Shown piece after piece: positions 47,408-58,328 of a stretch of DNA of 64,000 nucleotides (positions are counted from its first letter, which is position 1; each line of letters begins with the position of its first letter). Where the stretch lies: the NCBI RefSeq assembly GCF_000143415.4, contig NW_003314316.1:515220-579219 (forward strand), written 5' to 3'. A program made the position numbers and the translations under genes. The notes below the pieces were generated by a model, which worked only from the letters and a program-made list of their open reading frames with translations, made no database searches and was not told where the DNA came from. Source of the stretch: Selaginella moellendorffii. Lineage: Eukaryota > Plantae > Lycopodiophyta.

Positions 47408-49443
47408 TCACTTCTTGTCAAAATCTGGCTTTGGTGCCTTGGCATCCAAAGGTTTGTTATTTATCTGGTTGACAGTTAAATCAAGTCGAATACACAGACA
47501 GAAACTAGCAAAAAATGGATGCCTATCTACAGCAAAACCTTGAGTATCTGACCTTCGTGACACACGCTTTAAACGTGTCGCTGTTGTACTCAATCCGGAT
47601 TTTCTCGACTTCCTTGCAGATTGTTCTGAAAGAGGGTCTTTTTCTAGGATCATCGTGCCAGCATTTCTCAATTAAACTACACAAAAGGCATAACTTTGAT
47701 CACTTCAGGATGCAATCGAAGGGAAAAGCACAAAAAACCGACTTACTCTTTGAGGCCTTCAGGATAGTATCTTGGTTTAATCTTGAAAGGCGGTCTCTTT
47801 CCGTCCGCATAGCTCTTAGCAACTTCTTCTTCACCGAGTTTAGGAAATGGAGGAACTCCTTCCATCATCTGGAAGCTCAAAAACTTTAGCTCCTTGAACA
47901 AGTAACAAAGCATACCTCTTGGACAATCAATGCAAACGAGAAGACGTCCACTTTGCTGTCATAGTCTTCACAACGATACAGCTCAGGTGCCATGTATCGC
48001 CCTAACATAAGTAGAAAAACGACTCACGCCTTCAATGCATCTTTTAAGTTACTCGTACCAGAATCTGGAACAAATTGCCGGTCATTGAATGCATACTTTG
48101 TGAATGCGAAGTCCGTGATTTTCAAATGCCCTGCCTTGTCACGCAACAAGTTACTGATACCTTAGTTGGAGTGAGAAATATTAAGATCATGTATCGGAAA
48201 GCAAATGGTCGAGACGAACCTGGGCTTCAAGTTGCTGTGAATGACAGGCTCCGGTTTAAACTCATGCACATAGTTCAATCCCCTGCACGAACAGAGCGTA
48301 TAAGAAAGAAAAGCTGATAACTTAGATCGACAGAATGCTAAGATCACCTCGCAATGTCCAAGGCGAATTTGAGCGCCTTCTTGGGCTTGAGGGGCTTTCC
48401 TTTCTTCTTCATGTATGATTGGAGATCTCCCTGCTTTGCGGAAAGAAAATGTTCTCAGAATATCTATCGCCAAATGCAAACGAGTACAAACCTTTGGGAG
48501 ATGCTCCATCACAAGCATGACGGGAATGCTCTGTGTAACAGCACCCAGAAACTGGACCACATTCGGGTGCCGAAGCTTCAACGCTAGAGAGAGCTCGTTG
48601 ATAAACTCCTTTCTGAAAAGAGTTGGATCAAAAGCAGTATAAGCAAAGTACAGGGATCTAATACGTACAGCTTGTCATCTCCTGTTTTCGTGTCGATCGA
48701 GATGACTTTTACAAAAACTTTGGTTCCTCGCCACTTTCCAATCGTGAAGGAATCCTGCCAACCAAACGCAACGGACTTTAGTCTATAGTTAAAAAATGAG
48801 ACAAAATACCTCGCTTGACACTGAGAGCTCCTCTCGATCGATTTCATACTCGGGAACACTGTAGGAATTGGAAACTCTCATCGGAGAAGTATCCTGTGAA
48901 TTCCAATGCAGGTGGTGAGTGAATTCGCGAGAGAAAACGCAAAGAGCAAAAGAACTTACTGCCAATTGCGCACCGTGGGCGAGTAGAATTTGCGACACTT
49001 CATCGCATTTATAGTGCTCAGCATCCGCCAGAGGCTGCGATAAAAGCGAACCAAAAAAAGAGTTTCATGACAGGAAAGAAACAAAGAGGAAGAAAAGGAC
49101 AGTAAGAGCTTACAGTGCTTCCCCATCGATCTCTCGCATTTACATCAGCTCCCTCGGCGATGAGAAGCTCCACAGTCTCTTTCTTCCCCTCGCAAGCCGC
49201 CACATGAAGCGCGGTCCTGCTATCGAAATCCGTGCTATTCACATCCATGCCCTTGCCGAGAAGCGCTCTCACTCCAGCCACATCGCCCAGCGAGGCGCTC
49301 CACAGCAGCTGGATCACATCGCGCGAGGCATCGTCATCCCCAGCGCCGCACTCCATGTCGCCGCTATCGTCCGCTGTTCTTGACTCGCCGGATCCCTCCG
49401 GCGCCATGGACGACTGGCGCCCCAAATATCGGATCACTGCCAT
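47408..49443 (-). CDS. Ankyrin-repeat protein kinase (integrin-linked kinase/Raf-like family), multi-exon, possible pseudokinase
   Basis: Ankyrin DFDSRTALHVAACEG…DRWGST, kinase LRHPNVVQFLGAVTQ, HSNLKPSN, ITDFA, YMAPE, KVDVFSF and CWHDDPRKRPSF. Confidence 0.9.
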
Positions 49444-49799
49444 GGCGAGCTAGCGAGCTCCTGCGCGGAAGGAATGCCCTGGACTGGATCAATCAAGCAC
49501 GTTGCCGGTGATACTCACAGATCCGGGAGCCCTGGGAGGGATTCCCTGCTTGACGCGGCGCCACTCACAAAACGAAAACGCGGTCACTTGCCCCCTCCCA
49601 CGAGCGCTTGCCGCTTTCCACCGTCCACGCAAATCTTTCAATGAAGCTACCGTGCGAATATTCCTACACGTTGCGAATATTTCAGTAATATTCTTTAATT
49701 TATTTTCAAAAACCTTAAAGCGACCGAGTTAAAACACCGCCGTCGATCATCTTTAATAATTTACTTTATCCTTTTAAAAACCTAAAAGGAATTTTAAAG

Positions 49800-51581
49800 T
49801 TAGTGTGAGAGCCCTAATCCAGAGCATATGCTCATATTTGAATTTGAATTTTGAATTTTAGGGTATCCTCTTCGGGCTAGAAGATCAAGCATACAACCAT
49901 AGTGTTGCGGCGATGGGCTAATCCCATAGTCGGCCTTCATGCTCACCAAGTGTTCCCAGCCTTGCTGGAGAAGCCCCGCGTGGCTAAATGCAAACAAGAG
50001 GCACGTAAAGCTCACCTCGTCTGGAGCATGACCTTGGAGCTGCATCGATCTGAAAAGCCCCTCGGCATTGCCAAAATGCCCGTTCTGGGCATACGCTGCG
50101 ACCAACGCTGTGTAGGAGACCAAGTTCCTCTGGCTCTCGATCGCGTCGAAGATCTCCTTGGCCGCTTCCACGCTCCCGCATCGCCCAAACATTCCAATGC
50201 TCCCGTTTTGCAGATCCAAGCTCTGATGATCGAGAGTGCTATGCACGGCTTTGGCAATTGCCAGAGATCCCAGGCAAGAACACGCTTCCAGCGCCGCGAG
50301 CATCGTGATCTTGTTGGGCGTCACGCCTTCCAGATCCATTTCTCTGAAAATCTCGAGCGCTGGCCTCCCTTGCCCGTTTCGCGCGAATGCCGCCACCATC
50401 GCCGTCCACAGCACGACGTCTTTCTTTGAAGAAACTATGCCATCGAATATCTCTCTGGCATCGCCAGCTCTTCCCAGAAGGCCGTACAACTGGATGAGCC
50501 CCGTGGCCACGACCACATCGGGCCCATGTACGGCATGGCGGAGCCGCTGGAGTAGCTCCGCCTCCGCGGCGCCGCTGCCCATCACCGCCACGAATGTCAC
50601 CCTGTTGGGCTTGATCCCCTCGCAATCCATCCGGTGGAAGAGATCCATGGCCTCGCCGACGTGATCGCAGGCCGCGATCGCCGAGTTCCACGACACGATG
50701 TCGCCCTCGCCGGCGATTCGATCGAAAACGGCTCTGGCATCGCGCGCGCTCCCGCATTTGCCATAGGCGTTCACGAGAGAATTCGCGATGGCAAGGTCGC
50801 GATCGAGCCCCAGCTCCGCGATCAGGGCGTGGATCTCGTGGGCGCGATCCAGAGCGGCCATCGCGGCGCAGGAATCCAGCGCCGCCAGAAACGTGATCTT
50901 GTCCGCCCTGGCGCCGCCCTGGATCATCTCCCGAAACAAGGCGATTGCCTCGCGGGGATGCCCATTGCGGGAAAATGCCGCGATCATCATGTTCCACGAG
51001 AAAACGTTCTTGAATGGGATCTGATCGAAGCAGGAGCGCGCAAGATCCACGCGGCCGATGTTTCCATACATCTGGACAAGAAGATTTCCCAAGAAACTGT
51101 CGCTACCATGGCCGCTCCGGCGGATGTGATCGTGGACGCAAGTGCCCAGGCGGAGATCTTTCCCGCACGACCGGAGAATTGGCGCGTAGATCGCCGAGTC
51201 CTTCTTGATGTCCCCGCACACCAGCCCATCCAGCTTCCCCTCCAAATCTCTCGCAAGATCACCTTCTCTTTCTTCTTCATCGTTTAGCTCTCGTTCTTGG
51301 CGATCTTGCCTCGATGAAACCTCTTCTTTGTTGATTGATTTCTTCTTCTTGGGCTTTCGATTGGGTCGATCCCCACGAATCTCCTGGCTCTTGCGCTGCT
51401 GCTGCTGGTGCCTGTGGATCGGTCGCTTGAGCTGCTGCTGCTGGATCTGGAGCTTGTGCTGGAACTCCTCCTCGCGGAGGATGCGATCAAAGGCCGCCTT
51501 GCGATCCGCGGGCAATGGCACCGCAGCCGGACGCCTCAAGGAAATGCCCGGATCCGCAGAGAATGTGGGTGGATTGCCCAT
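49800..51581 (-). CDS. PLS-class PPR protein with charged N-terminal extension and truncated E-domain
   Basis: PPR motifs from ~residue 125. Ends PQHYGCMLDLLARRG then reads into AT-rich sequence. Confidence 0.85.
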   Translation of the reverse strand: MGNPPTFSADPGISLRRPAAVPLPADRKAAFDRILREEEFQHKLQIQQQQLKRPIHRHQQQQRKSQEIRGDRPNRKPKKKKSINKEEVSSRQDRQERELNDEEEREGDLARDLEGKLDGLVCGDIKKDSAIYAPILRSCGKDLRLGTCVHDHIRRSGHGSDSFLGNLLVQMYGNIGRVDLARSCFDQIPFKNVFSWNMMIAAFSRNGHPREAIALFREMIQGGARADKITFLAALDSCAAMAALDRAHEIHALIAELGLDRDLAIANSLVNAYGKCGSARDARAVFDRIAGEGDIVSWNSAIAACDHVGEAMDLFHRMDCEGIKPNRVTFVAVMGSGAAEAELLQRLRHAVHGPDVVVATGLIQLYGLLGRAGDAREIFDGIVSSKKDVVLWTAMVAAFARNGQGRPALEIFREMDLEGVTPNKITMLAALEACSCLGSLAIAKAVHSTLDHQSLDLQNGSIGMFGRCGSVEAAKEIFDAIESQRNLVSYTALVAAYAQNGHFGNAEGLFRSMQLQGHAPDEVSFTCLLFAFSHAGLLQQGWEHLVSMKADYGISPSPQHYGCMLDLLARRGYPKIQNSNSNMSICSGLGLSH

Positions 51582-51733
51582 GCCCTAGTTCTCCCGAGCA
51601 TTGTAAACCCTAATTTTTGAACCATCGTTCTCGCGAAGAACCCTAATAGTTTCCCATCGATTGTCTTGAGATCGAGCCGATCGATCAATCGATCTCGAAA
51701 GAATTCAAAAAGAATCCCACCTCGATCCCTCGA

Positions 51734-53620
51734 TCAAAAGTTGTCGAATTCATCCACCGGCTGCGCTCCATCCTCGCCCGCCTTGAACAGCTCCAAGTGC
51801 TCGATCGCCTTGGGCAAGATCTCGCGCACCGCGGGGATTTGCATGAGCGAGCTCCGCGACGCCGCCTCCATCGCCTTGAGCACGTCCGGCGACTTGAGCG
51901 CCGGGTGATCGCCCGCATTGATCGTGAGGTTGCACAGCAGCACCACCGGTTGATACGCCGACTCTGGGAAATACGTAAGCTGGACGAGATGGCTCGCGCC
52001 ATTCGCCTCGAGGATACTCCTCGAGTGTTGATCCTTGAGATAGTTCTCCGCCACCGTGAACTTGAGCAGCGCCGCCGCCGCCTCCGACGCCACCGTGATC
52101 TCCCTCGCGAGCTGGTCCGTGATGGGCTTGACGATGTGCGTCTCCTTGCTTGGAAAGATCCTGGCCAGGCACCCGATGGCTCTCATCGCCGGGATCTGGA
52201 CGTCGGGATCGTCGGACTGGATCACCTTGAGCAGCTGCTCGATCACCGCTCTCACCGCCGGGGATGTCATCTTGAAGGCCGCCCGCCGGAGCTCCTGGTC
52301 GTGCTCCGCCACCGCCGCGATCTCACACACCGCCATCACCGCGTTCTTCTGGACCTCGCCTTCCTTCTCCATGAGCTTGGCGAAGCACAGCAGCGCCCGT
52401 GTGTCCGTGATGCTCTTGCAGTTCTTGATGTTGTTGGTGGCCAGCTTCCAGAGCGCTCGCAGCACCTCGGCTCTCATCTGGTAGATCACCTCCGGGTCTT
52501 CGTGCTCGCGCTCGCGCTTCTCCCGCAGCGAGGAGCCGTGGTAGTAGGACTTCCCGTTCTCGGAGCTGTGCGTCCGTGCGTGAGAATTCGGAGCTCTCGT
52601 CGTCGTCCCCAGCGACGCCACCCGGCCCGAAGGCTTGTCTTCCGAATGCTGCTGCCCGCCACCGCCACCGCCACCTTCCTCGTGCCATGGCTTCCCGGGA
52701 GATCCCAAAGACCGGCTCTGCTGCGCCATCCTCGTCTTCACCACCGTGTGCATGCTCGTCTTGGACGTCTCATCGATGGTGTCGTTGATGAGCGCCACCA
52801 GCAGCCGGATCCCCTGCGCGTTCCCAAACGCGCTGCGAGCGTCCGTGTCGTGCGAAACAATGGCCGCCATCGCTCGAGCCGCTTGCGTTTGGACTTTCAC
52901 CGGCGCCACCGAGAGGACGTGGACGAAAGCTTGAATCGCCCCGGCCTTGACGATCTCTTGGGCTCGCTGTTGGTCGCGAGCTAGCTCTCCCAGAGCTTTC
53001 GCGGCGTTCTCCTGCCCAGCCGGGGTGCCTTCCTGGAGTAGCTTCATGAGAGGAGGCAGGCCACCCTCGTCGATGATGATCTTCCCATTTCTTTCGTTGT
53101 CCTGCGCTAGCGACGCTAGCGTGCTCGCGGCATCAGCCTTGTCTTCCGCAATTCCTGCCTGGACCCGGGCGATTTGCTGCCAGATCATAGCCAGGATGGG
53201 ATCGTTGGCAGCAATCGGGGGCATTCCACCCAAGTCGTCGCGGCCGGACGAGATCGTGAGCAGCCAGTTGAGATCTTCCGTGGTGCTGAGCAGCAGGCGA
53301 TTGATCTTCTGGAAATCCGTGGCGGACGTGATGGTGATGACGCGCTTGAGAACGCCGCCCTTCTTACACTTCCTTACCAGCGCCAGCGTCTTCTCCATCG
53401 TCTTCTTTGCCTCGTCCATCATCCGCCGGGTAGGATGCTCGTAGAACGCGCCCGCGGGATTCGTGGAGAGCCGCGCGGCCTTGCGGAGCAAAATCCCGAT
53501 CCTGTCCACTGTGCTGCCAACGTCGCTGCATTCCTGCTTGAACGAATCGGCCTCCTCTATCGCGCGCTTCACCGCCTCGGTCAGCTGGATGGGATGCCGC
53601 AAGTAATCTCGCCCTTCCAT
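51734..53620 (-). CDS. Armadillo-repeat-only (ARO)-like protein, single exon
   Basis: PIQLTE…SFKQEC…GGVLKRVITI…PPIAANDPIL..IW…GKIIIDEGGLPPL…REHEDPEV…SITDTRALLCFA…RRAAFK..SP. Confidence 0.9.
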   Translation of the reverse strand: MEGRDYLRHPIQLTEAVKRAIEEADSFKQECSDVGSTVDRIGILLRKAARLSTNPAGAFYEHPTRRMMDEAKKTMEKTLALVRKCKKGGVLKRVITITSATDFQKINRLLLSTTEDLNWLLTISSGRDDLGGMPPIAANDPILAMIWQQIARVQAGIAEDKADAASTLASLAQDNERNGKIIIDEGGLPPLMKLLQEGTPAGQENAAKALGELARDQQRAQEIVKAGAIQAFVHVLSVAPVKVQTQAARAMAAIVSHDTDARSAFGNAQGIRLLVALINDTIDETSKTSMHTVVKTRMAQQSRSLGSPGKPWHEEGGGGGGGQQHSEDKPSGRVASLGTTTRAPNSHARTHSSENGKSYYHGSSLREKREREHEDPEVIYQMRAEVLRALWKLATNNIKNCKSITDTRALLCFAKLMEKEGEVQKNAVMAVCEIAAVAEHDQELRRAAFKMTSPAVRAVIEQLLKVIQSDDPDVQIPAMRAIGCLARIFPSKETHIVKPITDQLAREITVASEAAAALLKFTVAENYLKDQHSRSILEANGASHLVQLTYFPESAYQPVVLLCNLTINAGDHPALKSPDVLKAMEAASRSSLMQIPAVREILPKAIEHLELFKAGEDGAQPVDEFDNF

Positions 53621-54003
53621 CCCTCCCGCTCGAGAGAATCCAGATGACCTAGCACCGCATTGGATCTTTCTCGCCGTTGACGCGCAGCCGCAGCGAGATC
53701 GCCTGGAATTCCTACAGTAGACCCTGATTCCGTCGCGTCCACGCCGCCGGATCGACAATCACCTGGAAAGATTGGCTCGCGCCTCGCCGATCGAAGCCGC
53801 TAAGAAATCGCTATGGCGCGCCCAGAGATCGAAAGGAAGAGACAAGGCGTCCAACGCCACACACCAATGCGCGCACAGAGGGAGGAACTAGTCATCCCTC
53901 ACAGTCACCTCGTCCTTGGGCGTACGGCAGGTACGGCAAACCCCATGGACATTCCGTGCCAGCTCAGAAACGATATTCCGACCCACATGGCATAGCTCAA
54001 TCG

Positions 54004-56440
54004 TCACCGTCTATTTTCATTGAATCTATCTACATAGCGTTCTACTCTTTGTTCTATCCTCCAGAGGTCAGCCTCTATGAACTGGACACACTTATGGATG
54101 ACGTTGGGCTTGATCTTCGTGATCTTGGAGAAAGCGTAGAGAAGGACGAAGTAATCGCCATATACGTACTTGGTGGATTTCCGTAAGTGGTCCAGCAGTG
54201 GAAAAATCGCGTAAGAGTATGCCGCTGCCGATCCAATCCCGTTTGGTAAGCTGCTCGGGACGAGCTTGAAGCCGCAAGCTTGGAGCTCGTGAGAGATGGA
54301 GTCGAGGAGCTTGTTCTTGGCCTGCAGGATGCGTCTGAGCTCCCGGTTCTCCGATGTAACTTCCTCCAATTCCACCGCTGCTCCTGGAGTGACGATCTCG
54401 CCGAGTTCTTGCTCTTGGAGATCCTTGCTTCGATCGTTGTCAAGTAACTCCCTTGATGATCCCGACTTTTGTTTCTGGATGCTTGGAGCTCTCGACCACG
54501 CACCGCTTCCAAGCGTCAGCTCGTCGCTTTCGGAGATGTTACTGTGCTGTGTCGTTGTCACTTCTACCTCTATCTGTTGCTTGGGATCGTCATCACCAGC
54601 TTCGCTGATGGGATCCTGAACAAACACGAATTATAAAAAGGACGAAGTACAGTGGAGAATGACATAACTAACAGACTTACTTTCAGCGAGAGCTTCTCGA
54701 AACATTCCCAGAAATGATCGTATAGCATTTCTTCGTCAGGGGGGTTTCTCGTCCCCGCGAAAACTTTTTCTTGGCAGTAGTTCAGATAGTCCTTGAGTTC
54801 CGCCTCTGCAAAACAAAAACACTCGCGAATGAATGACAATTCCAGAAACCAAAAGAGATCGACGCGTACCCGGTCTTAGAGCGTCCTCCAGCAATTGTTT
54901 CTCAATGGTTTCCAGCTGATCCTGAAAATTTGCTCGGCGTGTGCTTGTCACGTCGAGGCGCTCCAAAAAGGCTGGCCAGTACAAGCTGCTCACCGCGTTG
55001 CCATATACGTTGTACAGGATCTTGAGCGCCACGATCAACATAGCGGTGACATAGGCAGACGTTGGAAACGCTCGCTTCCGAGCCGAGAGCCAAAGTCCAT
55101 CCGGAGTATACCACTGGTATAGCCGCTCCAGAATGCCCATAACTTCATCTTTCTCAATCCCCAGTTTCTCCAGTAGACTGAGTGAGATGGCCTGGAAGTT
55201 CACCGTAGGTAGCTCGAGTTCCAGACGACTTGCGACGTGAGCGGCCAGCAGCTCGATCATGCTGGCGTTGCTCAAGAACAGTGGCCGGAACAAATTCCTT
55301 GGATCGAGCTCGGCGACGTGAATGGCTTTCAAGTCGGGCCCAGAGAAACGCTTGGGTTGCATGCTGAGAAACGCCGTCAAGTAAGGCAGCGATCCTTGCC
55401 CGGCCCAAGTCGAGATATCAGTGGCAAGAACAGGCTCGCGGATTACGTAGCACGCCAGGAACACCATCGCCAGAGTGATCCGGAGAGGAAGCCGACGCTT
55501 GAGAGAGTCCGTCCATACCCTCGACATCTTCAATCCAGTTTGCGTGAATGGAACTTTGTCGAGTCTTTTGGCTTTCTTCTTTCTCCTGGGCTTAGCGTGC
55601 TTGCTCTTGTTGGTGCCACCACCACCATTTTTTGCCTAGAACAACTGAAAGCTTTCTTCCTTCAAACGAAAATTTTGTGAGAAAAGATCGAGAAATGCTT
55701 ACCTCGATCTTCTCTGGTGCCGGAAGAGTGGAGCTTTCCTTCTTGAGCTTGAGCTTCTTGGCCTTCTCCTTGAGACTCCGGGCATCGGCCAAAAGAATAG
55801 CCTCGCTCGCCCATTCTCGTTCAAACACCCGCGTGGAAGCCACGAAGCGCAGCCAGATCGGCCCAACGATGCGGCAGATCAAAGGACTCACCCCGAAATT
55901 CTCCACAAGAGACTCGCACTGGAGCTGGATGATCGTCTGCAAGCCCTGGACGTAGTACTCGCGGATGTGCGCGGCGAGGCGATCGGGCAGCTCCGAAACA
56001 TCATACATCTGCTGCGATCCCGACCAGATGTGGACCTTGTCCGCCGTGACGAATTGCGAGGCGAGAGAATCCCTCATCCTCTCCAGCGCCTCCTCCTCCT
56101 CGCCATGCTTCTGCGACATCGCGCGCAGCAGTGCCTCCTCCCTCGCCCTGGCCGCGGCCGGATCGTCGATATTTCGATCCAAATCCCCCGTGCCTCCTCG
56201 CAGCATCTCGTTGAGCTTGCGGAGCTGCTCCTCCTGTTCTTGGCGCTCCACATTGTGATGCCGCGCATAGGCGAATGTTCGCCTTCCAGTGGCGTCCTGC
56301 CCTAGCGTCCCATCGAAATCCCCCAAATCCTCCTCCATGAAATTCTGGGATTGCGTGCCACAGGCAGTACAGTAGTGGAATCCATCGCCTCCCTTCTGGA
56401 GTCCCACGTTGCCGCACGTCTCGCACACGGCCGAATCCAT
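54004..56440 (-). CDS. TAF1B: RNA polymerase I TBP-associated factor subunit B (TAF1B/Rrn7, MEE12-like), multi-exon
   Basis: N-terminal zinc ribbon CETCG…DGFHYCTACG, YVQGLQ.IIQLQCESLVE.F.VSPLI, and FLACYVIREPVLATDISTWA.QGSLPY. Confidence 0.88.
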
Positions 56441-56466
56441 AAACCCTAAATTTCAATTTTAGGGTT
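56441..56466. promoter_or_regulatory. Inverted pair of telo-boxes in the 42-bp spacer between divergent genes
   Basis: AAACCCTAAA tttcaat TTTAGGGTT. Confidence 0.6.
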
Positions 56467-56482
56467 CTTCATTCTTTTAGGG

Positions 56483-57972
56483 ATGGAGGAGGACGAGCTC
56501 GACGAGCTCTTGGACACAATGCTGGGCCGGAGCGCGAGCGCCATAGAGGTTTGCAGCACCAGCAGCGCATCTCCTTCAAATCCAGGGATCACATTTTCAT
56601 TTCCCGGCTGGGGAATCGATATGCACACGGATTCCAAGCGCCAGACGGCGGTGGTGAGGCATTTTGGAGGCGATTCCAAGAAATCTTCCTCTGCCAGGGA
56701 GAGATCCAAGTCGAGCGGGGCGCCTCTGATCGCTGGGAGCCCTGCTTCCGAAATTCCAGACGAGGTTCTTCTCAAAATCTTTACTTTCTTGGAAGTGACC
56801 GACTTATCGGCCTCGCGGCAAGTTTGCAAGCGGTGGTACCTTCTCTGCTCATCGGATTGTCTCTGGGAGAGGTTTCTCACCTTGAAAGCTTCGAGCACCA
56901 GCGAATTACCCAGGTATGTTTTCTCCCTTCTCCTTGCTAAAAAAAAAAAATCGTTTTTCTTCCATCTTTTTCCTTCAAGGTGGCTAGAACTCAAGCACAG
57001 CATCTCATCGTTCCGGATCAGTGCTCGCTACACATATTCGAGAAGAGGCTACGAGATTTTCATCGAAGCGATCGAGGCATGGTGGCGAGATGGACAACCG
57101 CACGGGAAATTCAGCTCGTCGGTGCTCTGTCCATTGATACGCAAAGTCACGCTCTCGGACTGGTGTGTTTTTTACGAGGTTCTAAGCGCTGCGTTTGCAA
57201 AGCGTGCAGATACTCTTGCAGTCGAGCTCCAGAAACACTCTCAAAGCGGTGGTCGTAGCCACATTGATCCGTCTCCGTCGTCGACCGAGAGTTTTCACGA
57301 CGATGGGGTTGCCGGTGTGGAGATTTGGAGCCGCCTTTGCCGCTTCTGGGATCGTTATATCTCATGGATCAAGCTGGTCTCTCTACACTGCGCAGATTTA
57401 AACTACGCTGTCCGACTCGAGAGAGTCCGGTAAGTTTGTAGCAACGCTATGGCCTTTTTATCTCATCTCGTTTCGTTGCTGCCGCGCGCCACCGCCACCG
57501 AGTACTCACTTGCAGTACTGTGGAGACTCCGACACTATATAGCAAAGGAGTTCTTTGCTTCAGGTTCGAAGCTCTCAATGTTTTTCTTGTTTGTTACAAG
57601 TTTTGTGACAAAGTTTTGTGTTTGCAGGAGTCAAGTGATCTTGAGCTATGGATTGCGAAAGCTCTTGCAAGCAGGATTGCTGTGGCTTTCCGCCAGAGAA
57701 ACGGAAGGCCCGGCTACCGAAGAAGACATCGAATTGCTGTGCTCGTTGCATCATCTTCTACAGGCAAGCTTTTCCTTTTCAGTTCTTCTTGGTATTCACG
57801 AGCTCATCAAGAGTTCTATCTCGTTTTCTAGGTGCTTGACGTCTCTGATGACTTCACGCTACCTGCTGATAGCTTCACGCAAGCAAAGTTTAGAAGATGC
57901 TTCCTCGACGGTGAATCGTCGCGGGATTTCTCGCGGTCTCAAATTATAGCTGCTAGAATGGAACACTTCTAA
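56483..57972 (+). CDS. F-box protein with cullin-repeat-like C-terminus, 5 exons
   Basis: F-box IPDEVLLKIFTFLEVTDLSASRQVCKRW. Exons ~56483-56913, 56980-57429, 57516-57563, 57628-57763 and 57832-57972; last intron GC-AG. Confidence 0.8.
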
Positions 57973-58328
57973 TCTATTCTGGAACTTTCTTTGACTTGCT
58001 AAACAAAGGAATGGATCACAGTTCTAAAGGTATACGGAATATCATGCAAGGGTTTAACCGTCCACGTGGCCTATTTGTGGCCGTTTGCCTTTGGCCCTTT
58101 TACAGCCTATAAGGATTTGGGTAGAGTTCGTGGTTAGGGTTTTTGGTGGGGTGATTGATCGGCAGCGACCAATTCCAGCGTCCGGCGCATGCTCTTCCCG
58201 ATCTGAGGCCAGCATTCGCAATCTCCGCTGAGGTGAGCGCCGCGATCGCGAAAAGAGCTGAGAATTTCGCTGTGGAATGAGCTAGAGATCAAGGGTTAGA
58301 TGAGTTTCGATCCCGGGAGAGCATCAGA

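Noticed and set aside
51797-52984. 395-aa plus-strand ORF and many similar antisense ORFs over PPR, ARO and DHDPS genes
   Set aside because: Shadow frames of GC-rich coding sequence with no recognisable motifs.
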